From Paraspadella gotoi (Eukaryota; Animalia; Chaetognatha), in assembly GCA_051294375.1 (NCBI GenBank), contig CM119265.1:24471861-24535860 (forward strand): a DNA stretch of 64,000 nt, given 5' to 3'. The notes under the pieces are model-generated. The model was not told the DNA's origin and ran no database searches. It was given only the letters and a program-made list of their open reading frames with translations. Positions within the stretch are counted from its first letter, which is position 1, and each line of letters opens with the position of its first letter. This document shows, in pieces, positions 54,206 through 64,000 of this stretch. The translations under genes were made by a program, and so were the position numbers.

Positions 54206-57200
54206 TCACTCCCGTTTTCCCATTAGAGGACGCAGTAACTCGATCGGCAGAGGAAAAACGATTGTGGAGTTTTTCTCAGCGGAAATTTGAGACAGAGTCT
54301 GTGAAAAAACAAGAATAATGTTTAATATCTAATTAGTATTTTTAAGCTCGTGTCGCGAAAATGTTTTCTTTATCTCCAGAAGACAATATCATATTATAAA
54401 ATATAGGTTCAGGTTAATATAGTAAAACAAGCAGTAAACTTGTAATTTACATACAAGATTAATATAAAAATTTGTTGAGATTGTCGTTAATTTGAACATT
54501 TCTGTAAAATTTTTATTTTGTTACGGTTGTCTCTCGGTTGTTTGATGCCTTTTTATTATTGAATTCTTATTTTTTGCCGTTAAGATGTTTTTTAAAAGTA
54601 GCTCGCTGATTGGTTAGTCCGTATAACTGTTCCTTACCCAAACGTATAAAAGAGACGTGCTTACCTATGAGGATAAGTTAACAACGATTCGTGACAATCG
54701 GTAAGCATTTAAAAAGTTTCATTTTTTGTAATTTTACGGTTAAATTTAAAGTTTACTGTTTTAATAAGTTCCTTTTTTTTTGTATGTTTAATATTAGTCG
54801 CCCTTCGACCTGCTTCACGTCTCACGCTCATGTAATGTCGGGCTCACCAGTGTGAACAAGGCGCTAAGAGGGCTGAAGGTGACTATCCGCAACTACTTTA
54901 ACCACCTCTAGCACCCATGGAACGGGTCCTGGGCTTGGAACCAGGCTTGAAGGGTTTTTCCACGCCCCCAAGGCGGCTTACGGCCGTCTCAAACTTCCCG
55001 CAGGAAGGTACCGGTTTGGGATTGAACCCGGTACCTAGTGGTCATGGCTTGACTCAATGAGCCACCGGGTCACGACTGAAGTGTCAATGCTTTTAGGCGG
55101 GGTGAACTTATGCTATGCCCGACTACATCCATATACTTCAATACAAATTGTAAAATTTACAACTTCGAATTTGTATAATTATAAATGAAAAGCAAGTCAG
55201 ATTACATGGCGTTACCTAGTAAAATCCTCAATAAATTATTTTTTTTTAAATTACACTTTAGCCGTTCTTTAATGTCGCATCGATCAATTAAGAATAAAAA
55301 GAATAATTTCAACTTTAACTAAAAGAATAAAAAAAAAACGATAAAAAAAAAGGAAACAAAAGATTTTACCTGCAGATAGCGAAGCTGTAGCGCCGAGGGG
55401 GATTCGCTAATGACCTCTGCTGCCTCCTTGAGAGCGCGCGACGCTTTCTGCTCTCCCTCGGCGGCGATGACCTGAGAAAAAAAGAGCATCGAAATTAAAA
55501 GGAATAACAAAAGAAAAGGAAGAGAAATAAGGTTAAAAATAAAGAAACAGAATAAAACCAATTACAAGTTATATAAATTAAATAAAAGGTGTAAAAAAAA
55601 GAATATAAAAAAATAATAGAAATAAGTTATACTCAGAGGCATTAAAAAAATAAAAGGAAAAAAAAGAAAAGGTTTGTTTTAAGTAGGCTATACACAGTAT
55701 ACAATAAGGCGTAGTAAAATTTAACTTTAATTACAATTCTAAAGTGAGGAACGAACAACATTATACTAATGAACATTTATGTAATAAAAAAAATTTTAAT
55801 AAATTTTACAATTTACGCAGTAGGCCATATTATACAGTTTTTTCTAAGATTTTTTTGCAGATTTGGATTCGTCATAAAAAGTTGATAAAAAGAAATATAA
55901 CTCTTTTTAAAAAATTTCTTCATTAAGTGGGTCAAAAATTAGAAAAAGCTATATTTTAAGCTGAAAATTAACTTTTATATATTAAATATAGTTTTTTAAA
56001 TTTTTAACCCACTTAATGAAAGAATTTTTAAAAATGATTTCTAATTTCTTTTATCAACTTTTGACGAGAATTCAAATCTGCAATCAAAATTAAGAAAAGT
56101 CTATTTTGAAATTTTTTGATTTTATAAGGATAGTACTATATATAAATATAGCCTACTGCGAAAATTAAAAAACATAAAATTAATTTTTTTTACAAATTAA
56201 TGTTCCAATGATGGTATATTGTTCATAATTGACTTTTAGAATTTTTGTATCTAACTTTCACTACGCCTTACTATACAATAGCGAAAATTAATGGACGATG
56301 TAAGAAAGAAATATACAAAAAAGTATAAAAATGCTCTAAAAAGATAAAGAAAGCGAGAAAGAAAAAAAAACAACAAAAATATTAACTATAGCCTATATTC
56401 CTCTCATATATGAATTTATTAAAAAAATAAATTTACAATACATCATATACTATAATATATATTTAATACATAATATTTACAATATCATGTAAGAAAAAGC
56501 GAGACGAAGTGCCAAAAATGGATAAACAATAAAGACTCACCTTTGCCCTGGCCTCACGAGTGGCCTCCGCCTCTGCGGCCATGGCCCGCTGCAGCTGAAC
56601 AGGGAGTCGAACGTCCTTGACTTCGACTCGTTCGACCTTGACGCCCCACGGGTCAGTCGCTTGATCTAAACTAAGCTGCGAGATAGAGAGAGAGACGATT
56701 AATATTTTTATATTCAGTTTTAAATAATTTTTTATATATTGGTAGTATCAATTTACTATCCTTTCGCCGAGTATTATATAGTAGTATTTTTCGAACTAAT
56801 ACTTCAGGGAGTGATTCTTTTATACAATTGAAACAGTTTATACAAACATTATACTACTTCAATGATAAAGGAAATAAGCCATCTGAGAGTGAATAAACTG
56901 AACTATGATAAAAGTTAAAGGGTGTTGTAGCTTGGCCCAAGTCATGGACAAGATACCTTGTTTATTAAAGGAATGAATAACTTTTATATTCATTTTGTAA
57001 GAAGCAGAAAGCCAACAATAGGTACCACCGTTCCTACCTGCATGCTGTGACAGATGTTGTCTCTGTCCGAAAGAATCTCAGCCAAGTTTTTAGTCCCAAG
57101 GACGTTTCTGAAAATTAAAAAAAACAAACGAGATGTATTGAAAAATAACTTATTGAGAGAAAAAGCAAAGAAAAAAGCGATCAAAAGGAATTCATAAAGA

Positions 57201-57681
57201 TCGAAGCAACGAATTAGCTTGAAGTTTCATCAAAGCCTACAGCCGAGTTGCTGCAGATGAAGCATCTCGACGTGATCCTTTGAGCATCATGAGGCTTTGA
57301 TTCAGCGCCGATCGCCTTTCCCGCATTTCGCCCTCCCCACCCGATCGCCTTTCCATCCTCCCCCCCATTCGCCTCCCCCCTACCCTTCAGTCCCCCCCCC
57401 CAAAACCCTTCCCACCCCCCTCCTCCCACCTGAGCGTGGTGGCGGCGAGGAGGCGCGTGGATCGAGCGGCGTCCTCCACGTTGGTGACGCTCATCGTCGC
57501 GTTGGAGATTCTGTAGTAGACGACTGCGTCGACGGCGACGGTGACCGAGTCTTTGGAGAGGATCTGGAGATTTTCAGCGGGGTGGGTTGAGGGTGGACCG
57601 GGGTGGTGGTGGAAAGAAGGGTGGTTTTATTTGGCTTATTTGATGCAATAATATACAATCTTTGAGCAACAAAATATTCAG

Positions 57682-57726
<45 letters not shown>

Positions 57727-57978
57727 ACAAAAAAAGTAAAGGTGCATTACAACATAATTTTCACTAAAATGTCTATAAAGCGATTGACTTCAAAGCTAAG
57801 GCTCAAGCTCTTTGACTAAGGGAAGCAATAAATATGTTCGAGATAGCACATTGCAGAGACTGGATATCCATACTTTCTCAATTCAAAAGCGAATTGAACA
57901 TCCATCAAACGTTTCAGGTCTAACTATAAAATTTGTTTTGATGATAAAAGCGCAGAGTAGTCAATTTGATTTATTTTA

Positions 57979-58029
<51 letters not shown>

Positions 58030-58773
58030 TTGACTTTGAGAAAAGTAATAAAGGGCTACTTCTGTTTTACCTCCTGCGGAGGAACGTCGAAAGTGACGGT
58101 CCTCAGGTCAACCTTCATGTAATTGTCCAGACAGGGCAGGATGAAGAAGATCCCAGGTCCTGTGAGGGAGGGAGGGAGGAGGAGGAGGAAGAGGACGAGG
58201 AAGAGAAGAAGAAAACGAAATTCATCAATCTCAATTTCTTAAGTAAATAAAAAAAGCTTAAAGATTAATGTAGATTTTAAAAGTGCGCGTGTTGGAAATA
58301 AAAAAAAATTAAAAACCAAAATATATCAAAGCGAGCGAAATGGCTTTCCGCTATAAAAAATGCCAGACATAAAAGCTTTCATAAATAATTTTTAGCGCGT
58401 ATAATAATTTAATATATTTCGATATTAATATTCGATTCTGACTTACCTTTTGCGCCGCCACTCATGAGGCGACCAAGGCGAAAGATCACCGCGCGTTCAT
58501 ACTCTTGCACAACCTGAAAGATAAATAAAATAGATACTGACAATATTTTGAAAAAGGGCCTCCAGCTTAACGCCCTGCTCCTTCCTCGGTCCGCCTATCG
58601 CGATGGTTCCACTTAGCCAGACAAACGCCTCACTTTACGCTCGATTTCTCAGGCGCCTCACCCGTCCCTTACCTTGATGCAGAAGCAAAGCGAAAGCGGG
58701 AAAGTAGCGAGAACCATGATGTAAGAGACGATTGTGAGGATCCAACCGCAGAACCCGATGTTTCCGTCATCGT
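54206..58773 (-). CDS. STOM: Stomatin / band-7 (SPFH, MEC-2-like) protein; 8 coding exons visible, 5' exon(s) not located
   Basis: Minus-strand exons 58773-58673, 58513-58447, 58159-58071, 57563-57430, 57107-57038, 56675-56541, 55471-55370 and 54298-54206. All introns are GT-AG and the phases are consistent. Translation: [262 protein letters not shown]. It shows the hallmark stomatin Pro-kinked hairpin, SPFH domain and C-terminal STIVFPLP motif. The exact paralog cannot be assigned by eye. Confidence 0.97.
54831..55127 (-). mobile_element. 297-bp TG..CA-bounded element with internal tRNA-derived A/B boxes (solo LTR of a Pol III TRIM, or tRNA-SINE-related), in last stomatin intron
   Basis: The ends TGTAATGTCGGGC ... 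GCCCGACTACA are near-perfect terminal inverted repeats. The - strand has an A-box-like TGGCTCATTGAG and a B-box GGTTCAATCCC (~55065-55018). It is a GC-rich block in an AT-rich intron. The TSD is only imperfect (ctca / tcca). Confidence 0.6.
55697..56276. mobile_element. Degenerate AT-rich foldback/MITE (~260-290-bp inverted arms) in a stomatin intron
   Basis: Nested complementary blocks around a centre at ~55970: taaggcgtagtaaaa/tttcactacgcctta, cgcagtaggc/gcctactgcg, tgcagatttg/caaatctgca, aaaagttgataaaa/ttttatcaactttt and ttcattaagtgggt/acccacttaatgaa. Confidence 0.75.
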
Positions 58774-59283
58774 CTGGAAAACAAAGGAACAGGGAGGAAA
58801 TTTATTGTTTTCTTTTTTGTTTGTTTTTCTGTTGTTTTTTATTGTATTTGTTTATTTTTATCGTGAATTAGTTTTAAAACAACATCAAAAAAGATGTTAG
58901 GTCGTTCGAAGCAGAAAATCAGCAAATATCATTGACAATTTTTTTACCAATTTTTCATTTTTATTTCAAAATAAATCACGATCAATCTCAGTTATTGTAT
59001 AACAATAAAATATGCAGCTTTAACAACTTCATTAAATTTCTATTCGTGTTGTAAACAAAAGACATTATGCGTTTGCAATATTTTTGGTAATCTCTCGATT
59101 CTTTACCGACTGATTGATGGCATAACCAATCAGGGACAATCACTCAAATCGTCTTCGATTTCGGAGACAAAAAAAAAACCCTGAAATTATTGAGACTTTC
59201 GTCCTGGATTTATGACCCGGACGTGTCATTTTCCGACGGCGGGTTGGAACCCTTTACACTCTCTCTCTCTCTCTCTCTCTCCT

Positions 59284-59319
<36 letters not shown>

Positions 59320-59943
59320 CTTCTCTCTCTCTTCTTCTTCTCTCTCTCTCTCTATCATGACAATACGTCTCCCCAAGGACTCTGGTTTCGACCCGAGCGA
59401 AGCATCGGAAGGGATGTAAGTGGGATTTACTTAGCGGATGGGGTATGTAACTTGGGAGGCGATATCAGAGTCGAAAAATTATTTAGTTGCGCGGGAAAAC
59501 GAATGATATTAAAATTGGAGGATTTTTATTAATGACATAGTATACACATAATTATAACGCAGACAAACAGTTAGGAAAACAGCGAGATATCCCCAGACAA
59601 ACAGGAAGCACGACAGACAGACGAAGGGGTCGACAGATTGACAAACAGACAGACAAACATTCGGACAGACTGACGCTGCGTCTCACAGTTAATCTCTAAA
59701 ACGATTGTATCCTAGGATAGTTGTAACGCCCTTCAGACTTCGCCTTGGAGTAAGATTTCAAAGATTAAAGCGGATCTCATTGCGTGAGGAGACCAGAGAG
59801 CGACTGAGAAAAGAAAAAAAAAGAAAAGAAAAAAGGAAAAGGAAAAAAAGGGAAAAATGGAGGGAAAAAAAAGAAAAGAAAAAAGGAAAAGGAAAAAAAG
59901 GGAAAAATGGAGGGAAAAAAAAGTGAAAAAAAATGGAATAACC

Positions 59944-60125
59944 GATTTTTAGTTGCGAAACAACTCTATAAGTCTCTTTCGGTCGGTCTGCCGGTCTGTC
60001 AGTCGGTATGTCTGTGCGTCCGTTTGTCCCACTTGCATTAAAAATGGATAGAATTCGCCTATAGCTGGTTGCTCATTTGTTAAGACAGAAAAAATCTCAA
60101 ATCTAAGGGAATCCTAAAACTATAA
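59944..60125 (+). mobile_element. HINE/DINE-1-like element copy
   Basis: tttttagttgcgaaacaactctataagtctctttcggtcggtctg...gtcccacttgcattaaaaatg...ctcatttgttaagaca...aatcctaaaacta matches the reverse complement of 62025-62215. Confidence 0.55.
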
Positions 60126-60522
60126 GGAATAAAAGACAGATTTCGATGCAGTGCATGTCATAAATACAAGGGCTAAAAAAGTTTTTATATCATGGCATGT
60201 GATATCATATAATGCGATCAAATGGAAATACACGTGAAAATAATAATAATAAATAATAAAGTCATTGAGGCGCAAAACATTCGAATCACCGTTCTTGTTT
60301 TTTTTAATAATCGGATTTCAAGTTGAAGAGAAAAACTAAAAGACCTGTAGAATAAATAAGAGAAAAAAAAACAATGAAAAAAAGTAAGGAGAAAATCATA
60401 AGAAAAAATTTTTAAAAAGTAACTTTGTTGAGTTAAAAGAAAGAAAGAAAAGATGAAAAAATAAGAATTAATTGAAATTGGATTCCAGGCGAGAGAGAGA
60501 GAAGATTGTGAGAGAGAGGGGG

Positions 60523-60586
<64 letters not shown>

Positions 60587-60699
60587 GTCGCTTCAATACT
60601 TGAACAATTAAAAAAGTGGATCCATTTTAAATGAGTGAAATAGGAAAAAAAATTAGAATGAGAAAGGACGAGCGAACAGAATGAAAGGAACGAAAAAAA

Positions 60700-61045
60700 A
60701 GGGGATTAAGAGAAAGAAAAGAAAGGAAAAGATAAATAGTGAGGAAAAAGGAAAGATGAAAAGTGAGGAAAAAAGGAAAGATGAAAAAGTGAGGAAAAAA
60801 GGAAAAAAAAAAGGAGATAAAGCAAAGAAAAGGGAAAGATAAAAAGTAAAAAAAAAGGAAAGATGAAAAGTGAGGAAAACAGGAAAAATAAAAAGGAGAT
60901 AAAGGAAAGAAAAGGGAAATGTAAAAAGTGAGGAAAAAGGAAAGATAAAAAGTGAGGAAAAAAGGAAAAATAAAAAAGGAGATAAAGGAAAGAATAGGGA
61001 AATATAAAAGTGAGGAAAAAAGGAAAGATAAAAAATGGGAAAACA
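60700..61045. repeat. Purine-rich ~25-bp degenerate tandem repeat
   Basis: The unit gtgaggaaaaaaggaaagat(g/a)aaaa recurs. Confidence 0.7.
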
Positions 61046-61378
61046 AGATCGGTCCATCCATGTCTTTGCGCCGCAGTATTTTCTTTTCACGTGTATTTCC
61101 CTGTGATCAATGACTACAGTCTATATGACAATGAAATTTATGTATAACAAACATCTTATGGTTCATCACTACTGTGCAAAGATTAATTTCAAACAACCAG
61201 ACTTTACACAAAATATGCCACATATACTTTGTAGTTGTAGTTTTGCGTGGTCTCAAAGACTACACAAGTATAAAACACATGTACAAGAAGCATTTAATAA
61301 TGTCTTAACAGTCTGCCATGTATTAAAGAAAATAACTTTCTTAGCCAGTGTATTTTGACATGGACTGTATTAGAATTT

Positions 61379-62008
61379 TGAAGAGACAGTAATTATTGAA
61401 AGTGTAATGACAGAACCGTTCAAGTATAAGCAGTCCCTGAGCTTCGATCAGCTGTATACACCAGCGCCCCGTCCCTCTTAACTGCCAGACGACCACCGGG
61501 CTAGAACCCCGGACCCTTTGGGTTGGGAGGGCGAATGACTTGCCTCCGGCACCAATGGCCGCTGATGAATGGTTGGTGGATTTTAGTCCACCATACATCC
61601 CCCCCTCCCCGTAGGGAGAAGTCTGTTGGCGTCTCTTCAGTGAATGTGTTTGTTTGGTGGAAAGTTCGTCACCAAGTTGAGGCATGTCGCCTGATGTGTT
61701 GTGGGCGGAAAGTGCATCGCCAGGTTGAGGCATGTCGCTGAAAGTGTTGTTGTTAGTGTTCGGAAGTCGGCTCACCAATGAAGAGACAGTAATTATTGAT
61801 AAGTGTTAATGACAGAACCGTTCAATATAAGCAGTCCCTGAGCTTCGGTCAGGACTGAACACCATGTTACAGGCGGGTTAAGCGCCCCGTCCCTCTTAAC
61901 TGCCAGATGACCACCGGGCTAGAACCGCCGACCTTTGGTTGGAGGCGAATGACTTGCCTCCGGCACAATGGCCGCTGATGAATGGTTGGTGGATTTTAGT
62001 CCACCATA
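61379..62008 (-). mobile_element. Miniature non-autonomous LTR retrotransposon (TRIM) with tRNA-like sequence in each LTR (Helenus/TRIMp3-like)
   Basis: Direct repeats at 61379-61597 and 61779-62008. The left copy is bounded TGAAGAG...CCATACA (TG..CA); the right copy lacks the terminal CA. On the - strand, TGGTGAGCCG (PBS-like, 61777 downward) starts 1 nt after the 5' LTR, and the PPT GGGGAGGGGGGGA (61610-61598) directly abuts the 3' LTR. ATTT flanks both sides (61375-61378 and 62009-62012), consistent with a 4-bp TSD. There is no coding capacity. Confidence 0.88.
61489..61562 (-). ncRNA. tRNA-like Pol III cassette inside the 3' LTR (second copy 61907-61975)
   Basis: Minus strand GCGGCCA TTGGTGCCGGAGG...CCTCCCAA...CCGGG GTTCTAG CCCGG TGGTCGT gives a 7-bp acceptor stem (GCGGCCA/TGGTCGT), an A-box-like TGGTGCCGGAGG, a B-box GGTTCTAGCCC and a 5-bp T stem with a 7-nt loop. 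The D and anticodon arms are degenerate, so this is not a canonical tRNA gene. Confidence 0.7.
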
Positions 62009-62024
62009 ATTTCTTTTTTTATTA

Positions 62025-62215
62025 TTTTAGTTTTAGGAATTCCTAAAGGCGGCGCTAGCAGTCACTAAGATTTGAATTTTTTTTTTTGTCTTAACAAATG
62101 AGTTATGAGCATTTTTAACGTAAGTGGGACAATGACGAACAGACATACCGACCGACCGACCGAAAAGTGACTTATAGAGTTGCTCCGCGAGTACTCGCGG
62201 CGCAACTGAAAAAAA
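62025..62215 (-). mobile_element. Helentron-associated non-autonomous element (HINE/DINE-1-like)
   Basis: On the - strand: a T-run, the hairpin GTTGCGCCGCGAG-TA-CTCGCGGAGCAAC, then TCTATAAGTCAC and a (GGTC)n microsatellite. It is homologous to 59944-60125 in the opposite orientation and to fragments at 30669-30732 and ~51030-51095. Confidence 0.6.
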
Positions 62216-62274
62216 AAGGAAAGAGGAATATAAAAGAATTGAAAATCCCCGAAGCCCAGAAAGGAGAAAAACCA

Positions 62275-63042
62275 TTAACGATGAAAAATGTCCGAATTGC
62301 AAAAGATCAAACGCCATCAAGGATGCAAGGATAATCGTTTGCAGTTTCAGTGGAATTTCTTTTCGCAGTCACGTCGTTGGAACGAGGCGGAAAAAATTGG
62401 CGGGAAAATGAACCTTGGACTGGAAGGATTTTTTTTTTAATGTTTTATAGTTCAGTAATTCTTTTTCTCCTCGTCGTCATCAACCGAAATTTTAGCTAGT
62501 ATTTATATACTTATATACTTATACTTATACTTATAAACTTAGCTAGTATTTATATACTTTATAAATAACTTTCGGTCGGTCTGTCTATCGGCATTAGCTA
62601 CGTTTATAATTCTTGTAGCGTTGGTAAATCTGCATACGTTTAGAAGGATACTTAGCAGTAATGAGATGTAACATAAGTTGCATAATTTGCATTTAATTCA
62701 TAATATTTGAGCAGCAATAGTCTAAAAATGTGTGCAATTAAGAAAGACACAGCTGCGCAATTTGCTATTTCTAGTATTCTTTTGTTGATTCTCTTTCATT
62801 TTCGGATTTTCATTTTCTTTTGTTCTTTTTCTCTTTATTTCCGTTACACTTTAATTCCTGCTTTGTTTCTCTCATCTCTTTTTCCTTTTTTTTCTTTAAT
62901 CTAATGTTTTTCTTTTGTTTTTCAAAGTATTTCTGGAATATAAATAACTTTTTTAAAAGATTCATATCAGCAGTTTTTTTTTTTGTTCCTTGGTCATTCG
63001 TCGGAAACAATGTGAATAATACGCAGAGAGAGAGAGAGAGAG

Positions 63043-63079
<37 letters not shown>

Positions 63080-63237
63080 TATATATAGTGGGCAGAGAAG
63101 CTTGGTATGAAACCACACTAATTTCACAACTTAGGGATTNNNNNNNNNNNNNNNNNNNNNNNNNGCAGTTTTTTTTGTTCCTTGGTCATTCGTCGGAAAC
63201 AATGTGAATAATACGCAGAGAGAGAGAGAGAGATGAG

Positions 63238-63275
<38 letters not shown>

Positions 63276-64000
63276 TATATAGTGGGCAGAGAAGCTTGCG
63301 TATGAAACCGACACTAATTTCACAACTTGAGGGATTTTTGAAAAAAAACAAAAAAAACATTAGATTAAAAGAAAAAAAAGGAAAAAAGAGATGAGAGAAA
63401 CAAAGCAGGAATTAAAGTGTAACGGAAATACAAGAGGAAAAAGAACAAAAGAAAATGAAAATCCGAAAATGAAGAGAATCAACAAAAGATACTAGAAATA
63501 GCAAATTTGGCAGCTCTGTGTCTTTCTTAATTGCACACATTTTTAGAACTATTGACTTTGCTCAAATATTATGAATTAAAATGCAAATTATGCAACTTAT
63601 GTTACATCTCATTACTGCTAAGTATCCTTCTAAACGTATGCAGATTTACCAACGCTACAAGAATTATAAACTAGTAATGCCGATAGACAAGACGACCGAA
63701 AGTATTTATAAAGTATATAAATACTAGCTAAGTTTATAAGTATAAGTATAAGTATATAAGTATTATAAATACAGCTTAAAATTTCTGGTTGATGACGACG
63801 AGGAGAAAAAGAATTACTGAACTATAAAACATTAAAAAAAAAAATCCTTCCAGTCCCAAGGTTCATTTTCCCGCCAATTTTTTCCGCCTCGTTCCAACGA
63901 CGTTGACTGCGAAAAGAAATTCACTGAAACTGCAAACGATTATCTTGGCATTCCTTGATGGCGTTTGATCTTTTGCAATTCGGACATTTTTCATCGTAAA
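62275..64000. repeat. Long inverted repeat (arms ~62275-62926 and ~63337-64000, runs off the window) with a duplicated spacer around a 25-N gap
   Basis: acgatgaaaaatgtccgaattgcaaaagatcaaacgccatcaagg (62278) is the reverse complement of the window end, and the identity continues inward. The spacer 62969-63139 is repeated directly at 63165-63336. Confidence 0.85.

Noticed and set aside
61489-61562. Functional tRNA-Gly(CCC) gene
   Set aside because: The D and anticodon stems do not pair, and the sequence is embedded in both LTRs of a retroelement.
61555-61720. Hammerhead ribozyme / retrozyme (CTGATGA at 61562-61568 followed by a hairpin)
   Set aside because: No GAAA core follows the stem, and no stems I/III or NUH cleavage site could be built.
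59190-64000. Candidate first exon of stomatin
   Set aside because: No ATG-containing exon with a convincing phase-1 donor was identified. It probably lies outside the window or is obscured.

Overview
Eukaryotic DNA, most likely from an invertebrate animal, in a noisy long-read gap-filled draft assembly. It has AT-rich introns, many (AG)n tracts, several 25-N gaps next to indel-ridden duplicated segments, and almost all ORF-track ORFs are repeat artefacts. Manual splicing supports three multi-exon genes with consistent GT-AG phases: (i) a stomatin/band-7 (SPFH) gene on the - strand (8 exons, 54206-58773, first exon not found); (ii) a 9-exon, 835-aa type II membrane protein with a degenerate, interrupted C-type-lectin-like C-terminus on the + strand (42083-48235); (iii) a convergent 5-exon, 184-aa orphan PPxY protein with a C-terminal transmembrane helix on the - strand (48706-50563). 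There is also a frameshifted Thr/Cys-rich, probably GPI-anchored gene end (26996-27675). The most striking non-coding element is a ~630-bp miniature LTR retroelement (61379-62008, - strand) with TG..CA ends, a PPT and an ATTT TSD. Each LTR carries a tRNA-like Pol III cassette (Helenus/TRIMp3-like), and the internal region is an array of three divergent PBS-like TGG motifs. A second, unrelated tRNA-bearing TG..CA unit lies in the last stomatin intron. Helentron/HINE-like elements, foldback elements and several satellites are also present.
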